Source: Eutreptiella sp. 'Long Island Sound 2002'
Lineage: Eukaryota; Protista; Euglenida
Direction: 5' to 3'
DNA length: 64,000 nt
Assembly: GCA_964036045.1 (NCBI GenBank)
Contig: OZ038379.1
Span: 44,206,001 to 44,270,000, forward strand
The notes beneath the pieces are model-generated. The model did no database searches. It saw only the letters and a program-made list of their open reading frames with translations, and was not told the DNA's origin. The translations under genes and the position numbers were made by a program. This document shows positions 1 to 14,499 of this stretch, one piece after another; the stretch's first letter is position 1; every line of letters starts with the position of its first letter.

Positions 1-2846
1 GACACACACACTTGTTTGACCCACGTGTGGCCGCGTGCTTAGAACCCGCCAGCTCTAGACAGCAATACAACCAGGCGCCTTGATCTCCCCCGCGGAGTGT
101 CTGCATGTGTGCATTGGTGTCCGGAAGAAACCGTTGATCCGGTGGTGGGCAGGGGGCAAGGGGGCGGGGTTATGGGGTAGGTGATCTGTGATTCATGATC
201 CCAACAACAGGAGGGGGGTTTATGGAGGAGTGATCCGTGGACTAGCTGCTGCATTAAGTTGGATTGGGGGTGTGATTATTTTTGCAAGGTAAGCCGTCAC
301 TGGGCCATCCCAATGTGCAAATGAGGGTGTGTGACGGTATCCCCGTTTTCAAGCTTTTCTTTTTTAAGAGCAGAAGGACAAGGATGAGAACGAGGAAAGG
401 CACACTCATAAACTAGAGCATAAATCAAACAACTTGCAGGTGTGTGTTGCAGGTGTGAGTGTGCAGTGGGTTGTGTTTGTGTGCATTTGTGTGTGTGTGT
501 GTGTAATTGTCGATGGGGGGAGGGTCTGTGTGATGTTGGGAAGGGGCCCCAATAGGATGTGGTGTGTGTGTATGTGTGTGTATGTGTGTCTATCTATGTG
601 TGTTGTGTATGGGTTGAAGGTTGGGTGTTGGGTGTGGGGGTTGTGTGGGGCTAGACGTGTTGCGGGCTGGATTGTTGGGTTTGTGGGTTTGTGTGTGTGT
701 GTGTGTGTGTCTGTGCGTGTGTTTGTGTGTGTGTGTGTGTGTGTGCGAGCACGCGGCGAGGCGGGGCTTGAACAATCCTCAGGCAAAATGTCAGCCGGTG
801 GTACAGAACACATAGTACATCCTCCCTCCGCTTCGCTGACTCGGAATGGGGAGAGTGTGTGTGTGTATGTGTCAAGGGGCAGGAGAGTCTGTGTGTGGTT
901 GAGAAGGGGGCCCAACAAGTGGTTAATGTGTGTGTGTGTGTGTTTGTGTGTGTATAAATGGGTTGGACGTTGGGTTGTTTGTGTTGGGCGATGTGCGGGT
1001 TGGATGTGTTTGTGGTTGGATTGTTGGGTGTGTGGATGTAGGTGTGTATGTGTGTGTGTGTATGTGTGTGAGTCTGTGTGTGTGTTTGTGTGTGAGCAGG
1101 CGGCTGCGTGGGTCAATAAATTCTTAGGCAACATGCGCATTGGTGCTTGCAATACGCGTAGTCCATCGTCCCTCTCCTTGGTTAATTTGGATTGCGGAGG
1201 GATGGGAGCCAGTGACTCATGCCAACCACCCCCTGCCCCCCCTCCCCTAGTCCCCCCCCCCCCCCCACCAGCTGGGCGCACCTGCTGCGGGGAGTGTGGG
1301 CATGCTGTGAGGCCCACATTGGGAACTCATCGGTGTTGGCCAACGACAAGAGAGGGTACACAAACGGGCACACCGCGGGCCGTGGTTTATTGCGCGCAGC
1401 CATGAGCTTGCCCGGGACCCCTAAAAGAAGACACAGGGTGGTGCACTAGGAGAGCGGACGCGAGAAGTGTGGAGAGAGGATACACTCTTGAGGCCCCTTT
1501 GGAGGCCGACCGCTGAAATGGGTCCTGTGCCTGCTCATAGATACCCGCACCAATGCATGCAATCCTGTGACCCTTTGTTTTTGACACCTGCTTGTAGTGC
1601 CCTACATTCTTCTCGAATCGTGTGAAATGCGGTATATGACCCTACATGTTCACTAGTTCCCCACATTGTAGTACGACTAGCAGGTGCACCTCCGCACTTG
1701 GGAGCCCGTGTGCGTGCAATGCGGCGACCCTCCCTCGCCTCAATGCGCCCGATGTGGGGAGGGGAGCGCCCTTGTAGCATGATAGACTCCCTCATCATAC
1801 GCAGCTTAGTTACCTCACCTCCCGCTCTCCCTCCACCTCGGTGTAAGCGGCATACCGGATTCTCCTCCTTTGCTTAGATTATCCTGTTTCGCCTTTTGCG
1901 CAGCCCAACCCCACCGCCAAGCGGAAGCAGTTGGCGGAGATTTGGGTTCGCCACGAATTCCGGGGTGCCCGGCACAAGACCGAACATTACGTGGGGTAGG
2001 GTGCCGTGGCCCAGCCACATTACACGGTGTCCACATGTGGCGTTGGATCTAGATGCACCTCACCAACAGTGTGGGCTGTTGCCCTCCTCTGCGTGGACCG
2101 AACACAGAGCAGTAAAGCAGGGATACTTTTGGGGTTTTATTTGCACAATGTACCGAGGTGCATGAAGGGTGAGTAGGGAGGTAAGCATAGACTAGGCAGG
2201 GAGACATAGGGCGGGAGGCCGAAGGGTGTGAGAGGCCGATGTGCGCCGCCGCGGAGAGAGGGAAAGGATGCAAGAGACGGGCAAGGGTAAGTGGCAACAA
2301 GCCAATCGACGCTTCCAGCCGTGGACAGCAATACACTCGGGCGTCTACGACTGTCCGCATATGTGGGCTGGTGTTCGGAAAAAGCCGTGGATCAAGTGGT
2401 ATGCGGGGGATGAGGGGCGGGGGAACGGGGTAGGTGATCCGTCACGCAGGAATGGAACAAGAGGAGGGGGGTTTATGGATGAGTGATCCGCGGACTATGT
2501 GCTGCACTAAGTCGTATTGAGTGCACAGCTGTTTTCCAAAGTAAGCCCTCACCGGGCCATTGTAGTGTTCCAGTAAGGTTTTGTGAGGGTAACCCCCCTC
2601 TTCAAATTTTTGTTTTCACAATGAAAAGTGCACGGATGATAACAAGGTCAAGCACAAGGACAAACTAGAGTATAGATCAAACAACTTGCAAGTTTGTGGG
2701 TATATGTTACAAGTGGTAGTTTGCAGCTAGTCCTGTGTGCATGTGTGCATGCGTGTGGGTGATTGTGTTTGTGTGTGTGTATGTCACGTGGCCGGAGGGT
2801 TTGTGTATGGTAGGGAAGGGGGCCCAATTGGTGGCTATTGTGTGTG

Positions 2847-2881
<35 letters not shown>

Positions 2882-5800
2882 GTGTATGGGTCGGAGGCTG
2901 GGTGGTGGGGGTGTGTGTTGTGCAGGGCTCGATGTGTCGATGGTTGGAATGTTGGGTGTGTGCATGTGTTTGTGTGTGTGTGTGTGTGTTTGTGTGTGAG
3001 CAGGCGGCTACCTGTGGCTAAAAGAATCCTCCAGCACCATGTAAACTGGTGCTTGCAAGACACGTAGTATGTCCTTCATCTCCCTCGTTGGTTCGCCATG
3101 GGAATGGACGGGACTCAGTGACCGATGCCCACCCCCCCCCCCGAGATACTTTGATCTTCATTCCCATGGATGATGATGACGAACCGGCCTCTGTCCATGA
3201 CTTAGCGAGGTCGGTGGAGTCGCATATGTCCATAGTGACCATACGAACGATGAGGACACAGGCTTCACAGTGTATAACGCCTTGAACTGCAGCTAATGGC
3301 ATTGGAAGACCCTAGCCGACTAGACACCACCCACTTGGACAAGTCTCAACAAGCAGAAAGCGACGCCCACCTCACAGTGTTGTATGTTGAACGTAATTGA
3401 CCCTAACCACACCTATACCCACTTGGGTTTTTCAACCTAAGGCCCAAGCAAAGCCCTACCAGGAGTGACCGAGTGGGGCCAGCACGCAGTGTAGCATGGG
3501 AAGGGAGTGACCACTCACTGGCATGTACGCCCACCCCAGTAGAGTCCTAAGCGCCCGCAATTGTAGCGGCCACATGCAGTAGAACTACTCATTTGAACCA
3601 CACTCATACTATGTTGGCGCCGAGCTCCAGCCAAATTAAAAGAAGGTGATGACGGCCGTGGGGCAAGCGCGCCTAGCGCGTAATGCGGACGCTGCAATGT
3701 GACCATATTGAAGCCCTAACCCTGGTTCCCCCGGCCACTAGTCGAGCGCCCCTGCCACGCGGAGTGTGGATGTAGACCAAGGCCGACGTCCGGAACTCCT
3801 CTCTGTTGGACCAAGACAAGAGAGGGTGCACAAATAGGCTAAGTGTGTAGTGTGGCTCACTGCACGCAGCCGTGAGCAAAGGGACACACAACCACCGACC
3901 CGCAGGACGCGTTGGCGGGATGCCTGCCCGGGACTCCACAAACAACAAACAGAGAGGTACACTTGGAGAGCGGACACGAGAAGCGCGGACAGAGGACACA
4001 CAGTGGAGGCCCCACCGCAGGCTCACTGCTCAAATGCATGCTTTCACTGCCTACTCGCAGATATGTGCACCATTGCATGCACCCACGTGACCCCTTGTTT
4101 TTGAAGCTTGCTTGCAGTGCCTCACATTCTCACTTGGAAACTCTATCAGGTGCAGCATATGACCCTACAAGATCCCCCCTTTTCCACATTGTAGTACGAC
4201 CGAGAGGTGCACCTCGCCCCTTGGGGGGCACTGCGCCTACCATGCGGCGACCCTCTCTTGGCTTAGCGCGCCTGATGTGCGGAGGGGAGTGCCCCTCGAG
4301 CATGATAGGTTGCCTCACGAGAGCTAGCCTAGTTCCCTCACATCCCACTCCCCTTCCACCTCGGTGTAAGCGACATGCTGGATTCTACGGCTTTGCCTAG
4401 ATTCTCCTGTTTCGCCTGCTACGCAGCCCACCTCAACTGCCAAGCTGAAGCGCTACGCGGAGGGCTGGGCTTGTCACAAAGCCAGCAATGCCCGGCACAA
4501 GACCGAATATTGAGAGGGGCACGCCTCCCTGGCCCACCCACAATACACATTGGCCACCTATGACGGTAGACTTTGATGCACCTAGTCAACGGCGTGGGGC
4601 GTTGCCCTCATCTTTGTGGACCCAACACAAAGCAGTGAAACAAGGATAGCTTGGGGGCTCCTTTGGTACGACCTACCAAGGTACAGGAACGGGGAGTAAA
4701 GATATGAGGATAGGCTAGACAAGGAGACACAGGGCAGAGGGGAGAAGGGTGTGAGAGGCCGATGGGCACTGCCCCCGAGCATAGGAGAAGGATGCAAGGG
4801 AAGGGCAAGGGTAAGTGGCAAGAGGCCAATAGACGCTGCCAGCTGCAGACAGCAATACACCTAGGCGTCTTGATCTCCGTGTAGAAGCGTTTGCATGTGT
4901 GGATTCGTGTTCCAAAAAAAACTCTGGATACAGAGTATGTGGGGGATGAAGGACGGGGGTATGGGGTCGGTGATCCGTGACCCATGATGCAAACAAGAGG
5001 AGGGGGGTTTCTGGATGACTGATCCGTGGACTACCTGCTGCACTAAGTGGTATTAGGTGCACAACTATTTTTTCGAAGTAAGTCCTCACCGGGCCATTGC
5101 AGTGTTCAAGTAAGGGTGTGTGAGGGTATCCCTCTCTTCAATTTTTTGTTTTCACAAGGAGAAGTGCAAGGATGAGAACAAGGACAAGCGCAAGACCAAA
5201 CTAGAGTATAGATCAAACAACTTGCAAGTTTGTGGGTATGTGTTACAAGTGTGACCGTGCAGCTAGTTCCGTGTTTGTGTGGATGTGTGTGTGTGTGTGT
5301 GTGTGTGTGTCTATTAAAGGGCGGGGGGGTTTGTGTGTGGTTGGGAAGGGGGCCCAATCGGTTGCTATGGTGTTTGTGTGTGTGTGTGTGTGTTTTTTTG
5401 TCTGCTTGTGTGTGTGTGTGTGTGTGTGTGTGTATGGGTTGGAGGTTGGGTGGTGGGGCTGTGTGTTGTGCACGGCTTAATGTGTTGGTGGTTGGATTGT
5501 GGGGTGAGCGCATGCATATGTTTTTGTGTGTCCGTTTGTGTGTTTGTGTGTGTGTGTGTGTGTTCGTGTGAGCAGGTGGCTACCCGTGCCTCAACGACAC
5601 CTCAAGCAAGATGTAAACTGGTGCTTCCAATACACGTTATGCCTCCTTCCTCTCCCTCGCTAGTTGGCCATTGGGAGTGACGGGAGCTAGTGACTAATGC
5701 CCCCCGATACTTTGACCTTGATTCCCATGGATGATGACGACCAACCGGCCTCGGTCCATGACTCACCGAGGTCGCTGGAGTTGCAGACGTCCCTAGTGAC

Positions 5801-8800
5801 CATACGGGCGATCAAAACAGAGGGTTGACAGTGTATAACGCCTTGAACCGCAGCTAATGGCATTGGAGGACCCCGACCGACTAGACACCAGCGGCTTGGA
5901 GAAATCTCAACAAGCAGAAGGCAACGCCCACCTCACAGTGTTGTACATCAAATTGTAATTGACCTTAACCGCACCTATACCTAGGCACTTGGGTTTCAAT
6001 CTAAGGCCCAAGCAAAGCCCGACCAGGTGTGACCGAGTGGGGCCAGCACACAGTGTAGCACGGGAAGGGTGTGGCCACTCACTAGGATGTACGCCTACCG
6101 TAGTAGCCGCAAGTGTAAGCGCCACAAACTGGAGAATTGCTCATCTCAACCAGACTCGCACTATGTTGGCGCCGTGCTACGGCCAAATTAAGACAAGGTG
6201 ACGAGAGCTGTGGGGCGGGAGGCCCCGCCGTTGGTTCCCCGGGCCACCAGCCGGGCGCCCTCTGCCACGCGGAGTGTGGACGTAGACCGAGGCCGACGTC
6301 GGGAACTCCTCTCTGCTCGACCATGGCAGAGAGAGGGTACACAAATAGGCTAAGTGTGTGGTGTGGCTCATTGCACACAGCCGTGAGCGAAGGGACACAC
6401 AACCCCCTACCCGCAAGACACGCTCGGGGGATGCCTGCCCGGGACCCCAAAGAGAACAAACGGGGAGGTACGCTTCGAGAGCAGACAAGAGAAGCTCGGA
6501 GACAGGACACACAGTGGAGGGTCCACCGCAGGCTCACTGCTCAAATGCTTTCACTGCCTACTCGCACATATGTGCACCATTGCATGCACCCATGTGACGC
6601 CTTGTTTTTGAAGCTTGCTTGCAGTGCCTCACATTCTCACCTGGAATCGTGTTAAGTGCGGTACATGACCCTACAAGATCCTCCTTTCTCCACATTGTAG
6701 TACGACCGAGAGGTGCACCTCGACCGTTGGGGGGCACTGCGCCAACCATGCGGCGACCCTCTCTCCCCTCATTGCGCCCGATGTGCGGAGGGGAGTGCCC
6801 CTCCAGCATGATAGGTTGCCTCACTAGAGCTGGCTTAGTTCCCTCACGTCCCGCTCTCCTTCCACCTCGGTGTAAGCGACATGCTGGATTCTCCGGCTTT
6901 GCCTAGATTCTCCTGTTTCGCCTGCTACACAACCCACCTCCACTGGCAAGCTAAAGCGCTAGGCCGAGGGCTCAGCTTGTCACAAAGCCAGCGATGCCCA
7001 GCACAAGACCGAACATTGAGAGGGGCACACCCCCCTGGCCCACCCACAGTACACATTGGCCACCTATGAAGGTAGACTTCGATGCACCTAGCCAATGGCG
7101 TGGGGCGTTGCCCTCATCTTTGTGGACCCAACACAAAGCACTGAAATAAGGATATTTTGGGGGCTCCTTTGGCACGACCTACCAAGGTGCAGGAACGGGG
7201 AGTAGAGAGATGAGGATAGGCTAGACAGGGAGACACAGGGCAGATGGAAGCAGGTTGTGAGAGGCCGATGGGCACTGCCCCCGAGCATAGGAGAAGGATG
7301 CAAGGGCAGGGCAAGGGTAACTGGCAAGAGGCCAATAGACGCTGCCAGCTGCAGATAGCAATACACCTAGGTCTCTTAATCTCCCCCTCACGTGTGAATT
7401 GCTGTTTCGAAAAAACTGTGGATCAGGTGGTGGGTAGGGGGATCAGGGGTGGGGGTATGGGGTAGGTCATCTGTTACCCATGATCCAAAGAAGAGGAGGG
7501 TGGTTTATGGATAATTGATCCATGGACTACCTAGCGCACTAAGTTGTATACAATGCACAACTATTTTTCTAAGGCTAGCCCTCACCGGGCGATCCCAGTG
7601 TGCAAATGAGGGCTTGTGAGGGTATCCCTCCCTTCTGTTTTGTTTTTCACGAGGAGAAGTACAAGGATGAGCAAAAAGGGAAGTGCAAGAACAAACTAGG
7701 GTATAAATCAAACATGTTGTAGGTGTGTGGGTGGGTGTTACATATGTGAATGTGTGGTTGGCTCTCAACAAGCAGGAGGCGACGCGCACCTCACAATGTT
7801 GTATATTAAAATATAATCCACTTTAACCGCACCTCTACCTACCCAATTGGGTTTTTCAACCTAAGGCCCAAGCAAAGCCCGACCACGTTTGACCCAGTGG
7901 GGCCAGCACGCAGTGTAGCACCGGAAGGGTGTGGGCACTCACTAGGATGTACGCCTACCGTAGTAGCCGCAAGTGTAAGGACCTTAGGCACGAGAACTGC
8001 TCATCTCAACCAGACTCGCACTATGTTGGCGCCGTGCTACGGCCAAAATAACATAAGGTGATGACAGCTGTGGGGCGGGAAGCCGCGCCCGTGGTTCCCC
8101 GGGCCACCAACCGGGCGCCCCTGCCACGCGGAGTGTGGACGTAGACCGAGGCCGACGTCGGGAACTCCTCTCTGCTCGACCATGGCAGAGGGAGGGTACA
8201 CAAATAGGCTAAGTGTGTGGTGTGGCTCACTGCACGCAGCCGTGAGCAAAGGGACACACAACCACCTACCCGCAGGACACGCTAGGGGGATGCCTGCCCA
8301 GGACCCCAAAGAGAAGAAACGGGGAGGTACGCTTCGAGAGCGGACAGGAGAAGCGCGGAGAGAGGACACACAGTGGAGGCCCCACCGCAGGCTCACTACT
8401 CAAATGCTTTCACTGCCTACTTAGAGATACGTGCACCATTGCATGCACCCATGTGACGCCTTGTTTTTGAACCTTGCTTGCAGTGCCTCACATTTTCACC
8501 TGGAATCGTGTTAAGTGTAGCATATGACCCAACAAGGTCCCCCTTTCTCCGCATTGTAGTATGACCGAGAGGTGCACCTCGACCCTTGGGGGGCACTGCG
8601 CCTACCATGCGGCGACCCTCTCTCGCCTCAGTGCGCCCGATGTGCGGAGGGGAGTGCCCCTCTACCATGATAGGTTGCCTCACTAGAGCTAGCTTAGTTC
8701 CCTCACGTCCCACTCTCCTTCCACCTCGGTGTAAGCGACATGCTGGATTCTCCGGCTTTGCCTAGATTCTCCTGTTTCGCCTGCTACACAACCCACCTCC

Positions 8801-11566
8801 ACTGGCAAGCTAAAGCGCTAGGCGGAGGGCTGGGCTTGTCACAAAGCCAGCAATGTCCGGCACAAGATCGAACATAAAGAGGGGCACACCCCCCTGTCCC
8901 ACCCACACTACACATTGGCCACCTATGAAGGTAGACTTCGATGCACCTAGCCAACAGCGTGGGGCGTTGCCCTCATCTTTGTGGACCCAACACAAAGCAC
9001 TGAAATAAGGATATTTTGGGGGCTCCTTTGGTACGACCTACCAAGGTACAGGAACGGGGAGTAGAGAGATGAGGATAGGCTAGACAGGGAGACACAGGGC
9101 ACAGGGCAGCAGGTTGTGAGAGGCCGATGGGCACTGCCCCCGAGCGTAGGAGAAGGATGCAAGGGAAGGGCAAGGGTAAGTGGCAAGAGGCCAATAGACA
9201 CTGCCAGCTGCACAAAGCAATACACCTAGGCGTCTTGATCTCCCCCTCACGTGTGAATTGCTGTTTCGAAAAAACTGTGGATCAGGTGGTGGGTAGGGGG
9301 ATCAGGGGTTGGGGTATGGGGTAGGTGATCTGTGACCCATGATCCAAACAAGAGGAGGGGGGTTTATAGATAATTGATCCATGGACTACCTGGCGCACTA
9401 AGTTGTACACAGTGCACAACTATTTTTCTAAGGCTAGCCCTCACCGGGCGATCCCAGTGTGCAAATGAGGGCGTGTGAGGGTATCCTTCTCTTCTGTTTT
9501 GTTTTTCACAAGGAGAAGTACAAGGATGAGCAAAAAGGGAAGTGCAAGAACAAACTAGGGTATAAATCAAACATGTTGTAGGTGTGTGGGTGGGTGTTAC
9601 ATATGTGAATGTGTGGTTGGCTCTCAACAAGCAGGAGGCGACGCGCACCTCACAATGTTGTATATTAAAATATAATCCACTTTAACCGCACCTCTACCTA
9701 CCCAATTGGGGTTTTCAACCCAAGGCCCAAGCAAAGCCCGACCACGTTTGACCCAGTGGGGCCAGCACGCAGTGTAGCACCGGAAGGGTGTGGGCACTCA
9801 CTAGGATGTACGCCTACCGTAGTAGCCGCAAGTGTAAGGACCTTAGGCACGAGAACTGCTCATCTCAACCAGACTCGCACTATGTTGGCGCCGTGCTACG
9901 GCCAAAATAACATAAGGTGATGACAGCTGTGGGGCGGGAAGCCGCGCCCGTGGTTCCCCGGGCCACCAACCGGGCGCCCCTGCCACGCGGAGTGTGGACG
10001 TAGACCGAGGCCGACGTCGGGAACTCCTCTCTGCTCGACCATGGCAGAGGGAGGGTACACAAATAGGCTAAGTGTGTGGTGTGGCTCACTGCACGCAGCC
10101 GTGAGCAAAGGGACACACAACCACCTACCCGCAGGACACGCTAGGGGGATGCCTGCCCAGGACCCCAAAGAGAAGAAACGGGGAGGTACGCTTCGAGAGC
10201 GGACAGGAGAAGCGCGGAGAGAGGACACACAGTGGAGGCCCCACCGCAGGCTCACTACTCAAATGCTTTCACTGCCTACTTAGAGATACGTGCACCATTG
10301 CATGCACCCATGTGACGCCTTGTTTTTGAACCTTGCTTGCAGTGCCTCACATTTTCACCTGGAATCGTGTTAAGTGTAGCATATGACCCAACAAGGTCCC
10401 CCTTTCTCCGCATTGTAGTATGACCGAGAGGTGCACCTCGACCCTTGGGGGGCACTGCGCCTACCATGCGGCGACTCTCTCTCGCCTCAGTGCGCCCGAT
10501 GTGCGGAGGGGAGTGCCCCTCTACCATGATAGGTTGCCTCACTAGAGCTAGCTTAGTTCCCTCACGTCCCACTCTCCTTCCACCTCGGTGTAAGCGACAT
10601 GCTGGATTCTCCGGCTTTGCCTAGATTCTCCTGTTTCGCCTGCTACACAACCCACCTCCACTGGCAAGCTAAAGCGCTAGGCGGAGGGCTGGGCTTGTCA
10701 CAAAGCCAGCAATGTCCGGCACAAGATCGAACATAAAGAGGGGCACACCCCCCTGTCCCACCCACACTACACATTGGCCACCTATGAAGGTAGACTTCGA
10801 TGCACCTAGCCAACAGCGTGGGGCGTTGCCCTCATCTTTGTGGACCCAACACAAAGCACTGAAATAAGGATATTTTGGGGGCTCCTTTGGTACGACCTAC
10901 CAAGGTACAGGAACGGGGAGTAGAGAGATGAGGATAGGCTAGACAGGGAGACACAGGGCACAGGGCAGCAGGTTGTGAGAGGCCGATGGGCACTGCCCCC
11001 GAGCGTAGGAGAAGGATGCAAGGGAAGGGCAAGGGTAAGTGGCAAGAGGCCAATAGACACTGCCAGCTGCACAAAGCAATACACCTAGGCGTCTTGATCT
11101 CCCCCTCACGTGTGAATTGCTGTTTCGAAAAAACTGTGGATCAGGTGGTGGGTAGGGGGATCAGGGGTTGGGGTATGGGGTAGGTGATCTGTGACCCATG
11201 ATCCAAACAAGAGGAGGGGGGTTTATAGATAATTGATCCATGGACTACCTGGCGCACTAAGTTGTACACAGTGCACAACTATTTTTCTAAGGCTAGCCCT
11301 CACCGGACGATCCCAGTGTGCAAATGAGGGCGTGTGAGGGTATCCTTCTCTTCTGTTTTGTTTTTCACAAGGAGAAGTACAAGGATGAGCAAAAAGGGAA
11401 GTGCAAGAACAAACTAGGGTATAAATCAAACATGTTGTAGGTGTGCGGGTGGGTATTACAGATGTGAATGTGTGGCTGGCTATGTGTCTGTGTGCATGTG
11501 TGTGTGCGCGTGTGTGTCTCTGTGTCAAGGGACGGGAGGGTCTGTGTGTGATTGGGAAGGGGGCCC
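1..11566. repeat. Large-unit tandem satellite (long unit ~2.5 kb with TG-rich block; short unit 1858-1859 bp)
   Basis: The anchor CTCAACAAGCAG recurs at 3345, 5906, 7764 and 9623 (spacings 2561, 1858, 1859). Identical spurious ORFs recur exactly 1859 bp apart (8021/9880, 8037/9896). Confidence 0.95.
430..1100. repeat. (TG)n-rich degenerate microsatellite block, part of the long satellite unit (also ~2690-3000, ~5225-5575, ~11445-11560, ~18200-18600)
   Basis: Long imperfect GT runs are directly visible and produce the His/Thr and Val/Cys ORF artefacts. Confidence 0.95.
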
Positions 11567-12357
11567 GAGGCCAACAAACAGCTGTACGCAGGGGGACTCT
11601 TGCGAACTCACCACTTGAAAAAGGGCAACGCCATTCTCCAACGCCTCCGGAACGGCGACCTCATGGCAGGCCCCGATGGGGTCATTCAGTCTCGTGACCG
11701 GGAAAAGTCCGGGGACGAAGGCCGCAAGCGACGCCAGTCCCCCTCCATGTCTCCACCACGGGCGTCTCGCCGGTCGGAGGAGGACTGCGGCGAGGAGGCG
11801 CGCACCCCTCCCCGGAGGAGCAGCCTTACCGGGGAGGCTCGCGGCATACTCCCTAGTGTGCGGGGGGCCCGCGGGACGGTCGATACGATTACCACCCGCC
11901 GGCACAGGGCGAGCACAATTGCCAACCGCCGCAATGGCTCCCTCGGGAAGACGGATGGGGGCCGGAACATCGGTCATACCAATCCCACGGGGGCTATGGG
12001 GAGCGTCTTTCTTACCCTCGCCCGGAGTCCTATCCGATGGCCCAGGCGCACCAGACTCCTATGGCGAGCCCCCCGCCGGCTGCTTCTTGGGGACCACCAC
12101 CCATGGACCCCCGCTATTCTGGGGACGGCCGGTTGTCCCCCTACGGGGTGACCATGCCCCCGCAGGGGACGAGCATCCAGCCGACTCCGTGCTGGCACCA
12201 ACCGTACGTGCCGATGCCCCCGGCCGCGGACGCGGCAGCGAGTCCCTCGGGATACTCGGGGCCCTGGTACGGGGAAGCGGTGCAAGCGGCCGTTGCCGCC
12301 CCCCCGGCGGCCCCGGTGGCCCCGGTGGCAACCCCCGTTTGGGGGCCCAGCCCTTGA
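11567..12357 (+). pseudogene. Probable ORF1 (gag-like) remnant of the LINE, Arg/Ser- and Pro-rich
   Basis: An open frame runs from the very junction (11552..12151) and overlaps a Pro-rich frame (12037..12357), upstream of the APE. No diagnostic motif was found. Confidence 0.4.
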
Positions 12358-13029
12358 GGGGCACCTCGGATGTTACAGAACTTCCCGCGCCCATCACTGT
12401 GGGGTGAGAGGGCGGGGATGTCCTCTCCCCGGGTGCCGCGGCTCACGGCCAACTCACGCGTCTGGCCCGCGCCTCCGTGTGCCAGGGACGTCCCGTGGCC
12501 CAGTGGGGGATAGTGTTCGGTGTGTCCGGCGCTCGACACGGCGTACGTGACATAGCTGCAGCACTGGAGAACCTGCCGGGTCTCCATCCCGCGTCGGGGC
12601 ATGTATTCCTTTTTCAGGGCGACTGGCGCTTGCCCGCCATTTTGCAACAATGGGCAGCCCACATGGCCATATACCAGGTCTCGGGCGGCCACTCCATACA
12701 TTTGTACAACAGGGGGGGGGGGGGGGGCGTTACTCACCTGCCCGGGGCGGAGACCTCCGTGACGCGGGTGCCGCGGTCCGCCTTCAGTCGTGGGCCCGTG
12801 ATCCTCAAGGCTGCGTCAAACAGCTCCACCTCCTACGTTGCGGCTAACATCGACGCCCGGGCGCTAGGACGGTAGACGCTCCACGGTGCTGGAGCTCCCT
12901 TCAAGGCCCGACAGGCCGTCCTCCGTCGGCTGGAGAGCGCGGTGGACCAGAGAGGCCTGGGGACACCCGGCCCGCCTGCCGCCGAAACGTCCAACGGCCC
13001 CCGGGGGGGACGGAGGGGTTCCGGGCGGT

Positions 13030-13690
13030 TACCCTAAACCTCCGCCGGGGACTCACCGGCAAGGTGCAGGCCTTGGGATCATGTCTACGTGGCTGGGGCT
13101 ACCCAGACGTGGTGGGAGTGCAGGAGGTTGGCAAGCTACCTACCCACATGGTGGTCCATGCCATGTACTGGGCCACTTTCACCCAGGCGGCGCATCCGGC
13201 GGCCGGGGTAGGGGTACTGGTGCGTTGCCACCCCACGTTTCTGGAAGTGGGCAGACACATCCACTCTAGTGGGCGAGGCATAGCCCTGGAATACCGGAGC
13301 CGCGGTGGGCACGTCCTGGCCGTGGTGGTTTTTTTCCCAGTGGACCAGGACGTGGACTTATTGCGTAGCCTTCTCGCATGGGTCCTGGGTGTCATGGCTC
13401 CCCGTCGTCGGATGTAAACCTTGATGTTGGGGGACCTCAACGCTAACCCGGGGTGGGCAACAGGGTCCCGGCTGGCCCCGGCTGCCCTTTGCATCCTGTG
13501 GGGGGATTTCCTGCAGAACGCCGGGCTCGCCCGCTGCGTTCCCGCCATGGAGGTGCCCACGTGGACCAACGGGCGTGGGTGCGTGGGGGTCATAGACCAC
13601 GTTCTGCACGGACCCGTCCCAAAGGAAGGACACCTGTGGGTGGTCGAGGCCTCACCCTTCCCCTCGGACCATAGCCCGGTGGTGGGGGAC
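13030..13690 (+). pseudogene. AP-endonuclease (APE/EEP) domain of LINE ORF2
   Basis: Motifs VTLNLRRGL, DVVGVQE, LGDLNA, IDHVL and SDHSPV appear in the canonical order, with one in-frame stop at 13415-13417. Confidence 0.9.
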
Positions 13691-14499
13691 GCTCGGGACG
13701 TCCTTGACCCGGAAGACAGGCCCCGGGTGCTCCTGCGCGCCCGGCACTTTCAGGTCCGGGACCCGGGCATCACGGGGGTCTACCATGCGGCCTTAGCAGC
13801 AGCCCGTCAGGAGCGGGGTGCGCGGCTGGGGCACTTGGCGGGTCTGTACGCTTACTTGGTGGCCTCGACCATCCAGGGGCCGGAGAGTGCCCACGGTCCC
13901 CCCCGAGAATTCAGGGAGCTCCCCGGGCGCGTGGACCAGGTCCATCGACAGCTCCGGGCACACGCTAAGAGATGTCCCCGATGATGGGAGTCTTTGGACA
14001 CCCTCAAAGAGCGGCTTGATCTGCGCAAGGACCTGGCAGAGGCTTGGGAAGTGGGGAACTTGCAATGGTACCTCGCCCACGTCCCGGAGGTGGCCCCCTT
14101 CGCCCGGCCCTGCCCGGGGGCCTTCCGGTGCCTGTACGGGACGGCCCGCACGCCGCGGGTCCAAGCGCGGTTTTCTGCCCACCCGGACGTGGCTCCACGT
14201 ACCAGGGCCAAGGTGGCCTCGGACCAAGTCCGGCAACGGCACCGGAAGACGCTAAGGGAGTTGACGCCGGCAGACGTTAGGAGCATCACAGGGTGGGTCA
14301 CACCGCCACAGCCGTTGGGCTTGCCCACGGCGACAACCCCGCATCTGCGCCGCATTCTCTAGCGCAGTGGCAACACGGCGCCGGCTTGGGACCGGCTGCA
14401 GTATTGGATGTTGCGAGAAATGGACGACGACGGCCTCGCCATCGTATGCGAGGTCGTCAACCGCTACATGCGGGGGTAACGCCTGGAGGCCCTGGGGCA

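Noticed and set aside
406-1405. Long ORFs (303 and 323 aa) and similar ones at 2.6-3.1, 5.1-5.7 and 18.1-18.6 kb
   Set aside because: They are translations of (TG)n/(CA)n tracts that lack stop codons.
5906-11480. Possible 5S rRNA, spliced-leader or snRNA gene array
   Set aside because: I found no recognisable 5S, SL or U-snRNA sequence. GCTACGGCCA is only a short chance resemblance.
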